Source: a virus
Lineage: Duplodnaviria > Caudoviricetes
Direction: 5' to 3' (one strand)
DNA length: 64,000 bases
Virus record (IMG/VR): IMGVR_UViG_3300021399_000098
Shown: positions 56,070 to 64,000 of the stretch, in pieces
Numbering within the stretch: the stretch's first letter is position 1
Layout: the number at the start of each line of letters is the position of its first letter
Position numbers and translations under genes: made by a program
Notes under the pieces: generated by a model
Database searches by the model: none
What the model saw: the letters and a program-made list of their open reading frames with translations, nothing else
Told to the model about the DNA's origin: nothing

Positions 56070-59000
56070 TCATACTAGTGGCAAACCAGGTTCTTGAAAA
56101 TCAGGATGTCTCCAAAGGCATACAGAATAATCTCTATTACCCTTAATATTTGCATCTTTAAAAGCAGAATTTGCCATTATGGTAGCTTGAATAAAATCAC
56201 TACGCCAATCATGGCCTGTCCACATACATCCATGTGCTGACGGACTAGAAGGTGTTCCATTCCTATCTATTTTTGAATAATAATATTGGGTTGAAACGTC
56301 ACCTGGTCTAAACTTACTATTTGGTAAAGCCAATGCTTGTTCTATAGTTCCATGCCATACTAGTACCATTCCATATTGAGATAATAATGTTGTCTCATAT
56401 GTGGCTTTTGCTGGACCCCAAGGTTGTCCATTAAGTTTTTTTGGCCAAAAACACAAATCATTTCCAGCATTATTATACCATGTAGACGGAGCATTAGTAC
56501 ATTGACCAGTTGGAGATTGCGGTGCGTCATTACATCCGCTTCCCCTCACTGCTACTCTTTTTTCTGGTTTTTTATATTCATGTGACAAATAAAAATGTGA
56601 AACATCTTGAAGAACTTTCTTCATCTTTTCGTTTGTAACTAGACCTGAGAATCCTTCTAGATTCATGGTTTGTGTTGGTTGAACTGCTCTACCTAAATAA
56701 TCTGCTATATAACTAGCCATCTTTTTATATGATGACTCATTTGGATGGTAGTCTGTACAACTGACAGTTAAGCTTCCAACATTTATCACACCCCAATTGT
56801 TTGCTGTGCATATCGCTTTCAAATGAGTATTGAAATTGTCTATTGCAGAATCATCGTTTAGTTTTCCACTACAACTAGAACTTGTTGCACTAAGGCCATG
56901 CGGTATTGTACAGAAAAACACTTGTTTATCTCCGCAAGCTTTTCCTACATCTTCAACCCAATCCCATCCTAAACTATCATCACAACTAGTAATAGGATTA
57001 ATGCCACAGTTAACAACAACTACATCACAGTTAGTATTGACGGCATAAGTTGCAAAATTCTTAACTTGTTTACCATTAGCACCAACTTTATATGTTCCAT
57101 TTGCAGGGTCAATTACGGTAGCTTCTTGTGCTAAAATGCCAAAACCCTTTTCTGTTAGTTTCGATGTAAGTTGTCCTTTTGTGCAATATCCTGCCATCCA
57201 AGAGTCTCCGACACAAGCAATTGTAGAACCCTTTGTAATTTGTGCACCGCCACCACTATGAGACATCATTGAAGATACTATGCTATCGCAAGAAGTAGGT
57301 CTGTAGCCATCCAAGAAATCAAGATTATTATTATAATGTTTACATTCCTTTACAAATGCATTATCATCATTAACAACAGCCCTTCTCTTTGCCATTGACC
57401 TATGGAACTTAACGTTAATGTTCTGAGGAAGTACATCTATATAACCACTAGAATCATTTGCTCTCTGATAACATATATGAATTCTCCTATCTTCAGGTCT
57501 TACCGTTTCACTCAACATTACAGAAATGCTAACAGGCTCCTTAGATGGGTCAGGCTGCGGATTTGGATTTGGATTATCTGAAATCTCCCAATATATTTCC
57601 TTCACATACCGCATGTATGATGGAGTGGAAACAATCAAGTCGAAAACTTCTGCAACCTTTGAGTCTGCTGATATTCTCATCTGCTTTTCAACGTTGTTAA
57701 GTATTTGCTTCTTAAGCGTAACTGAAATAGAAGGTGTAGAATTACAAGACTTTTGTATCGCATTGAAGAACGCATCGTTCAAACTCTCTTGGTTGTTTGC
57801 CCCACTAGAAGGTGCTGATGCAATTTGCACTGTGCCGCCACTTTGACTGTACGCATCATACAATTGCCTTGCGTATTTTTGCCTATTTGCTAAGTTATCA
57901 CCTTTTTCATAACTAGCCCTAAACGAAGCGGCAGCAGCTTCTGGAGTTGCCGAACCATTGAGTGATGCAATATCTATTCTCGGACGAACGTTAGGTATCG
58001 AATCAATAATAAAATCTATCTGATGCTGTAAGCCAACAGCTTTAAGTTTATCTATTGCCATTTGTTTGTTATAACCACCGCCAGTTTCTGAACGGTTATA
58101 GTCTTGACCATATCCAGAAGCATTATTAGTTATCATATCAGTGAAACAGCCATAGTGGTCATTCCATCCACAAAGACCGCCTGCTATATATCCATCGGAG
58201 TCTGTATTAGCTGTATATGGGTTAAATCCACATTCTTGAGCAATATTACCTGCTACACCAGCAGCACCAGTTGGATTAAGTCCTTTGGCTATTAATGCTG
58301 TCATCATTTGTAAACCCTTCTCAACGAAATCACCACTTAACTCTTCAGTGCCATAAAGAGGATAAACCTTATATGGGCAGTCATTATCAGATGCAGCCAA
58401 TTGAGTCTTATCAATACCATTTGCTTGAGAGCCACCACCAATAGCATCACCTTTTAATTCGTCTGAGAATATGTTTTCAACAAGCTTCGTTGATACGTTT
58501 GCCATACGACAGCCAGTGAACTTGGTTGTCATATTTCCTGGCGTTATAGAGTGTTCAACCTTCATAATCATGTAAGAACCCTTAAACATAGGAACATTTA
58601 AAAGAACGAAATACATCAACGGCTGAACCCAAGCACAACCCATCATTTCAACTTCACAAGTGTATGACTGAGTTGAATAAATGTCGAACAAGTCTTGTGC
58701 TGCTACAGCCTTATTGGAAGGTGATGTTCCTGCTGATTCTTGCAATATGTAGTGTTTCGCTTGAATTGACTGCTGCGTTGCAACAGGACTTTCCATGTTT
58801 ATGTTAATTGACTTGAAATAGCTCTGATATTGTTTGCCGTATGAAACTCCAAACGCTGGGATATTATACTGTCCAGCCTTATTTGACTTTGTTTTAACAG
58901 CCATAGGGGTCTCATTTTCATCATTTAACATAAATCCATCGTTTATGTATTCGTTGTTCGGTATGTCCAAGTTCTTTGATGGTTCATACGGATATACAAC

Positions 59001-62000
59001 AACGAAACTAGGTGTCTTATGAAGACTGCTCCATTCAATTTCATTGAAAGATTTCATGGAGAACATTTCATCCATACTTCCAGGTTTCTTTAAATCAAAG
59101 AAATTCTGTATTGACATCATCATACACCTATTCAAAGCGTATATATCTCCCATGAAGCCCAACATCATGGTGTTGATGTCCTTGTATGATAACAATGCAT
59201 TAAGCTTCTCAGACAAGTATTTAGGGTTGATTAGAAGCTTATCACCTATATAATTGTAGAATGAATCTATGAAATAAAAATTATGCCCACTATTTTCTCT
59301 GTCCTCAAAGAAAGAATTCATTGACCAGAATTCCTTTGGATTCATTGGAATCCACTTATCATAGACTTGTTTCAAATATCTATAAAGTTCCTTCTTGATG
59401 TCTTCAGTTGCATTTGCTGGTTCTTTGCTTATTCTAACCAAATTTCCATTATCGTCCTTTACCTCAGTGTAAATTCCATATATGGTCTTTAGTTTCGTCA
59501 AGAAAGCATCCAAATATGTCTTGGCTTGTCCTACCTTCAATATTCTTCCGCTCTTTTTCATGTAATATTGGGCAAATTCAGTCTGATGGTAAATCGTCAA
59601 GAAATCAATTGACACGCTAGAAAGTAACTCTCTAGAAATTGATTTAACTATTGAAGAATTTTCATTGAACAAGAACTTTTTCCTATAATGTGTTGTAGCG
59701 CCCACTTCCTTTGGTATTGCATAAGGTGTGTTACTTATGGCTGCTTTAACATCTTCTACTGTTTTGTATTTGGTATTTGCTTGAGAAATACTTAACGCGC
59801 CAATCATTATATTACCTAGTTCCGAATCACTTATTTTGAAACTATCCAATAGAGTTTTGTTTGCGCTAATCCAATTATACAAATAATCCACCGTCTTCTG
59901 TCTAGCTGGGATGTTTAAAGGAGAACCAAACTGAAGGGCACTAAGGAACCTAGGAATTGGCATTATCCTTAACACAGCATTTTTACCGTTTATGTCGTTT
60001 ATAGGCACATAGCCTTTGTTAATCTGATAAAGTATTTCAGCAGCACCTAATTGTAGAAGCACTATTCTAGGTAAATAATAGAATGAATTTTCACCGTACT
60101 TAAATGTACCACTTTCATTGCTATAAGCATAATCGAATACGTGATAACCATTTTCATCGTTTTTGATGAAATACCAATCAACATGTATTCCCAAAATAAA
60201 TGCTAAGTGATAAACGTCAAACTCATAACCATTGTAGGTTATTGTTTTAGCATTGCCCATTATTTCAAATGTATCCAAATATCTGTATAGAAAAGATGAA
60301 TTATAATCAAAAGTATTGCTAAAATTATAAGATGAAACTGAGCCAGCACTATCTCCCATTGATGTAAAACACTCTGTTATGACGAATGAATCAACAGAAC
60401 CGTTCTTGGCTTCTGAACCTATGCCTGTCAATTGTGTGTTTGAATAAGTGGCTTGACTTCCGTCTCTTTTAGTTAATATATACTGTTTTGAGCTTTCGTC
60501 ATAAACGTATCCTTCTGTTATAATAGGTTCAGCATCAGTTCCTAACCTTTTGTTAACACTTCTAACGTCAGTAGAAGCGTATGTTCTGAAAACACCAGCA
60601 TATTTACTTACACAAGCATTATCAAACTCTATCATTTCAGACGTTCTATTATAAATTGCATCATAACAGTTTTCAGAGTCATTGATGTCGTTTGCATTAC
60701 TTAGTGTTTCTTTGTTGTAGTTTATGTTATCAATAATGAAAATTGTACCAAGGCCAGTGTTATCATCAGTTCCCTTTAAGGATTGCTTGCTTCCTATTAT
60801 TTTAGCATAGCTATAATCACCACCATTCGTTACTATTTTGTTATCCCTACACATCGCTATGGTTTCTTGACGATTTGAGAAAGATACATTCTGCATTGGG
60901 AACGCCCAGTTTTTAGGTTTTCCATCTGTTCCATTCTCCACAGCATATCCATCAAGCCATAACATATCGTTGTCAATAGAGAACAATATGTCACTGCCCC
61001 AAGGACAATTTGGGTCAGAATTTGAAGTTGTTACTGCTGAAATGATGAAATCAGATGTTATTTGGTCGTTCTTTAACCTACTTAAAAAATCTGGATTTGT
61101 TATCGTCACCAATTTCTTGAAGTTATAAGCTTCAGTTTTAGCAACATTCGCAATAATGGTTGGGTCTTGCCAGTTATTAGAATATGAAACATTATAGTTA
61201 CTAAGAACCATTAGGTTAAACATTCTAATGGCAACTTTACCTGCAAAGTCGTAGCCCTCTAAGTTATTACTAATTTCATCTGAATTACCATAAGGGCTTC
61301 TCTCCAAAATAAAGTCAAACGGTGCTAGTGGGTATTTGATAATGTTTTTAGGTCTTTCAGGTTCAGCATTCCTAGCGGCTACTATGTCGTTTATTGTGGT
61401 ATTTGTAGCATCCACATATGACTTGATATAATCCATTCCATTAAGCAAGCCATTAATCAAGTCTATCTCTTCAAACAACCTGCTCCCACCGTCTTGGTAT
61501 TCTCCAACCCACGTATCTTCTCTTTTAACTATATTGTCATCACCTAATATGTTCCTAGAAACCCTTGGAAATGGAGGTATCTCATCCTTTGAATTAGGGT
61601 TAACGTCATTACATATACCTTCAGCACCACTTGTAACGCCTAATTCTCCTGCTGTCCTACCTTCCATCTTGTCGATTGTGACATACATCATTTCCATTAG
61701 GGTTTCCAAATGTGCAAGCATAATTCTAGTGAAATTCTCTATCGTAGGATACCATTTCATTTGGCCATATATAGCGTCATTCAATTTTTTGTTCCTTCGG
61801 TAGTCGGCAGTTTCATTGATGCTATTCGTGTCCTTATCTTGTAATGCGTTAATCAAACTTTTAACTGTTTTATAACTAGGGGCAATTGAATAGCAATAGA
61901 CATACTGGTTTACACCGTCATTATATATCTTTTCCAAAATATAGTTCTTATGAAGTTCTCTATTTCTTTGAACGTCTTGCTCATACTCTACTCCGTAGAA

Positions 62001-63416
62001 TATTCCTTGCATCATTTCCGTTTCAGGAAGAGTGTTACCCCTATGGAAACCATTGAAGATAATCTTCCCATCACCGTTTACAAATAACTTATTGAACAGA
62101 TATTGAAACTCATAATCATCAAAATCTACGCTGACATTATCAACAGGATAGAAATAAACTGTTTCTTCTCCATCATTGGCTTTTTTGTTGTATTCATTTA
62201 TGGTAGTGTATAATTTTTCATTTAATCTCTTAAAATCATCTGGAAATGTTTCATAAAAATTCTTCAACGAACCACCATCAGTGCTAGGGATTAACTTAGA
62301 CAAAATCACAATCCTCGTATAATCTCCATCACTTCCTTCTTCCTTGAATAAAAAACAATAATCTTTTCCAAGCCTTTCACACAATATGTCATACAAATTA
62401 GTATACCATTTTTGGTACAGAGTTCTAATGTTTGTCAAGTCATCTATTTGTTCAGCATGAAAAGTCTGTTCATCTTCAAAACCAGTTATTTTGTCTGAAT
62501 ATGTCTCAGCCAATACTTTGTCAATATCGGTCATACATTCAACCAACGTAGGCATTGGCTTTATCTCTCCGTTCTTTCCTTTTAACGTAAAAGTTCCGTC
62601 AGCAACTTTATCACGCCAATAATCTCTTCCTATATCCGAATAAGGTGCTGAAATCAGTACGTCCATTGATATGTCAGTCATAAATGAATAACTGTAACCA
62701 ATGAACCTAGTATTTATGTCGAAATCGCCAGTGTTGGAATTAAACTTAGTGTCAAACTTATCACACATAACCTCATACGTAACAGGTTTACCATAAAATC
62801 CTTTGATTGTTATGGTAAACTTTGGCATAGGAACTCTGAAGAAACATTGGAAGAATGACTGTGCAACATTGTCTATATTTATACCTTTTATACCATCGTA
62901 AATGTTGCTTCTGCTAAGTTCTGAAGGCTGGAACAACGACAATCCTCTTACGTCCGTAAACACTATGTTTATAATTGGAACACAAGATTTTTGGTACTGT
63001 ATATTCACAGACTTAACACCAATCATTTCAGTTGTACCATAGTCAATCAAATCACCGACATACATGTCGGCATAGTTTGTTGTCAAATATGGCATGTAGC
63101 TTCTTTCTTTATCACTGCACACAACCTTAGTACCACCCATAAAGTTGACGGTATCCACTTTACCTTGCTTATGGTCGGTTCTGTACGTAAGAATCAAGAC
63201 ATCTGTTGTCTTGTTTCCGCTAGAGGTGATATTGTCTCTGCTACAAACTTCAACTTCCAAATTCAAAGTAATACAATAGTCTTCAAGTCTTGGGCTTCTG
63301 TTGTAATAGTCCACAACTTTCCAATTTTCTATATTACCTGATTTGTCTCTGTTACCAGTTTTTCCTACTGCTGATACATTTGGCTCTACATAATTTACAC
63401 TAGCGTGATGTGCCAT
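56070..63416 (-). CDS. Giant baseplate hub-like protein with C-terminal tail lysozyme, SGNH hydrolase and CHAP/NlpC-like domains (2448 aa)
   Basis: Hub-like YTCEVEMMGCAWVQPLMYF...YMIMKVEHSITPGNMTTKF. Lysozyme AAGVAGNIAQECGFNP...GLCGW...FRASYEKG...RQKYA. SGNH VGDSW / CGIN / DYHP. Cys-His amidase QCTNA...RPGDV...HGCMWTGHDWRSDFIQ. Confidence 0.75.
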   Translation of the reverse strand: MAHHASVNYVEPNVSAVGKTGNRDKSGNIENWKVVDYYNRSPRLEDYCITLNLEVEVCSRDNITSSGNKTTDVLILTYRTDHKQGKVDTVNFMGGTKVVCSDKERSYMPYLTTNYADMYVGDLIDYGTTEMIGVKSVNIQYQKSCVPIINIVFTDVRGLSLFQPSELSRSNIYDGIKGINIDNVAQSFFQCFFRVPMPKFTITIKGFYGKPVTYEVMCDKFDTKFNSNTGDFDINTRFIGYSYSFMTDISMDVLISAPYSDIGRDYWRDKVADGTFTLKGKNGEIKPMPTLVECMTDIDKVLAETYSDKITGFEDEQTFHAEQIDDLTNIRTLYQKWYTNLYDILCERLGKDYCFLFKEEGSDGDYTRIVILSKLIPSTDGGSLKNFYETFPDDFKRLNEKLYTTINEYNKKANDGEETVYFYPVDNVSVDFDDYEFQYLFNKLFVNGDGKIIFNGFHRGNTLPETEMMQGIFYGVEYEQDVQRNRELHKNYILEKIYNDGVNQYVYCYSIAPSYKTVKSLINALQDKDTNSINETADYRRNKKLNDAIYGQMKWYPTIENFTRIMLAHLETLMEMMYVTIDKMEGRTAGELGVTSGAEGICNDVNPNSKDEIPPFPRVSRNILGDDNIVKREDTWVGEYQDGGSRLFEEIDLINGLLNGMDYIKSYVDATNTTINDIVAARNAEPERPKNIIKYPLAPFDFILERSPYGNSDEISNNLEGYDFAGKVAIRMFNLMVLSNYNVSYSNNWQDPTIIANVAKTEAYNFKKLVTITNPDFLSRLKNDQITSDFIISAVTTSNSDPNCPWGSDILFSIDNDMLWLDGYAVENGTDGKPKNWAFPMQNVSFSNRQETIAMCRDNKIVTNGGDYSYAKIIGSKQSLKGTDDNTGLGTIFIIDNINYNKETLSNANDINDSENCYDAIYNRTSEMIEFDNACVSKYAGVFRTYASTDVRSVNKRLGTDAEPIITEGYVYDESSKQYILTKRDGSQATYSNTQLTGIGSEAKNGSVDSFVITECFTSMGDSAGSVSSYNFSNTFDYNSSFLYRYLDTFEIMGNAKTITYNGYEFDVYHLAFILGIHVDWYFIKNDENGYHVFDYAYSNESGTFKYGENSFYYLPRIVLLQLGAAEILYQINKGYVPINDINGKNAVLRIMPIPRFLSALQFGSPLNIPARQKTVDYLYNWISANKTLLDSFKISDSELGNIMIGALSISQANTKYKTVEDVKAAISNTPYAIPKEVGATTHYRKKFLFNENSSIVKSISRELLSSVSIDFLTIYHQTEFAQYYMKKSGRILKVGQAKTYLDAFLTKLKTIYGIYTEVKDDNGNLVRISKEPANATEDIKKELYRYLKQVYDKWIPMNPKEFWSMNSFFEDRENSGHNFYFIDSFYNYIGDKLLINPKYLSEKLNALLSYKDINTMMLGFMGDIYALNRCMMMSIQNFFDLKKPGSMDEMFSMKSFNEIEWSSLHKTPSFVVVYPYEPSKNLDIPNNEYINDGFMLNDENETPMAVKTKSNKAGQYNIPAFGVSYGKQYQSYFKSININMESPVATQQSIQAKHYILQESAGTSPSNKAVAAQDLFDIYSTQSYTCEVEMMGCAWVQPLMYFVLLNVPMFKGSYMIMKVEHSITPGNMTTKFTGCRMANVSTKLVENIFSDELKGDAIGGGSQANGIDKTQLAASDNDCPYKVYPLYGTEELSGDFVEKGLQMMTALIAKGLNPTGAAGVAGNIAQECGFNPYTANTDSDGYIAGGLCGWNDHYGCFTDMITNNASGYGQDYNRSETGGGYNKQMAIDKLKAVGLQHQIDFIIDSIPNVRPRIDIASLNGSATPEAAAASFRASYEKGDNLANRQKYARQLYDAYSQSGGTVQIASAPSSGANNQESLNDAFFNAIQKSCNSTPSISVTLKKQILNNVEKQMRISADSKVAEVFDLIVSTPSYMRYVKEIYWEISDNPNPNPQPDPSKEPVSISVMLSETVRPEDRRIHICYQRANDSSGYIDVLPQNINVKFHRSMAKRRAVVNDDNAFVKECKHYNNNLDFLDGYRPTSCDSIVSSMMSHSGGGAQITKGSTIACVGDSWMAGYCTKGQLTSKLTEKGFGILAQEATVIDPANGTYKVGANGKQVKNFATYAVNTNCDVVVVNCGINPITSCDDSLGWDWVEDVGKACGDKQVFFCTIPHGLSATSSSCSGKLNDDSAIDNFNTHLKAICTANNWGVINVGSLTVSCTDYHPNESSYKKMASYIADYLGRAVQPTQTMNLEGFSGLVTNEKMKKVLQDVSHFYLSHEYKKPEKRVAVRGSGCNDAPQSPTGQCTNAPSTWYNNAGNDLCFWPKKLNGQPWGPAKATYETTLLSQYGMVLVWHGTIEQALALPNSKFRPGDVSTQYYYSKIDRNGTPSSPSAHGCMWTGHDWRSDFIQATIMANSAFKDANIKGNRDYSVCLWRHPDFQEPGLPLV

Positions 63417-63422
63417 ATTACA

Positions 63423-63740
63423 TTATTTTAATCCGTATAATTTTGTATAATTTTTAATTTCACTTTCATAAAGCTGTATTGCAGTTTCCAAAGGGTACGG
63501 AATTCGCAACTTTGTACCATCTTCAATATTAAACTCTAATGACCCAGCATGTGGATTGGCTTGTAAAATAAGCCATCCATAATTAGGGTCATTATAATAT
63601 TGATAAGACAATAAGTCCAATCTAGTTTTTCCTACATTGTAATACACATAGAAATCACTATTACTTTCAGGAATTTTAATGGATGGAATCTTTTTGTAAG
63701 CTCCATCCATTATGAATGATTTGTACCTGTTATATGACAT
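63423..63740 (-). CDS. LysM-like baseplate protein (T4 gp53 / P2 gpX-like)
   Basis: RLDLLSYQYYNDPNYGWLILQANP...GTKLRIP. Confidence 0.82.
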   Translation of the reverse strand: MSYNRYKSFIMDGAYKKIPSIKIPESNSDFYVYYNVGKTRLDLLSYQYYNDPNYGWLILQANPHAGSLEFNIEDGTKLRIPYPLETAIQLYESEIKNYTKLYGLK

Positions 63741-63759
63741 AATAAACTATTTTTAATTA

Positions 63760-63999
63760 TTATTTTGAAACGTCAATTGTAGAAACAAGCTTCTTTCTAT
63801 TGTCTCTAATCATGTCTGGATAGCTATATGGTTTGAACTTGATTTCCCTACCGCTTCCGTTAGGGTCATACTGTACCATTTCAGCACGATTATCGTATAC
63901 TCCAGTGTTAGCATAATAGTTGAACGAAACAGCATTCTGCAAGCGAGAAATAGGCCCTGCAAGGTCGCTTCCTCCCAAGAATATAAAGCTCAACGTTAC
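63760..63999 (-). CDS. C-terminal part of a structural protein entering from the right edge
   Basis: Frame open to the window end (VTLSFIFLGGSDLAGPISRLQNAVSFNYYANT...). Confidence 0.65.
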   Translation of the reverse strand, partial: VTLSFIFLGGSDLAGPISRLQNAVSFNYYANTGVYDNRAEMVQYDPNGSGREIKFKPYSYPDMIRDNRKKLVSTIDVSK

Positions 64000-64000
64000 C

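Noticed and set aside
1-64000. Stop-codon reassignment (TAG to Gln), as in Lak or some crAss-like phages
   Set aside because: ORFs up to 2448 aa are intact in code 11. TAG ends tdk, cas7, cas3 and the 160-aa gene, in most cases with the next start immediately after.
1-64000. tRNA/rRNA genes, integrase, inteins in the helicase, NrdD or RecA
   Set aside because: No cloverleaf or rRNA-like sequence noticed in the short intergenic gaps. The enzymes are of normal length, without intein C...HN motifs.

Overview
64 kb of an AT-rich, gene-dense, T4-like large (probably jumbo) myophage genome in standard code 11. The host is very likely a Bacteroidota: about 11 canonical TTTG-N19/20-TAnnTTTG promoters sit upstream of the non-structural genes. 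Contents, left to right: primase, amidase endolysin, Mre11/gp47-like nuclease; a ~25 kb minus-strand block of very large tail/baseplate genes ending in gp6- and gp25-like wedge genes; an nrdD / FTR-like / nrdG operon; DnaB-like helicase, 5'-3' exonuclease, SLOG protein, Gp88-like protein and gp13-like neck protein. Then a compact phage-encoded type I CRISPR-Cas island (cas6, cas7, cas5, 14-repeat array, cas3). After it: a split ABC-ATPase/GNAT module with an HNH endonuclease, UvsX/RecA, thymidine kinase, gp32-like SSB, a low-complexity repeat protein, and a 2448-aa baseplate-hub protein with three hydrolase domains. The stand-out is the CRISPR island, which looks chimeric. It has a Cas8-less I-F2-like Cas5/Cas7 core, a non-Csy4 Cas6, a stand-alone Cas3 without the Cas2 fusion and no cas1/cas2. 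Its array has 36-nt repeats and 30-nt spacers, a geometry typical of Bacteroidota type II/VI-B arrays. All family calls come from motif reading and recall; no database searches were run.
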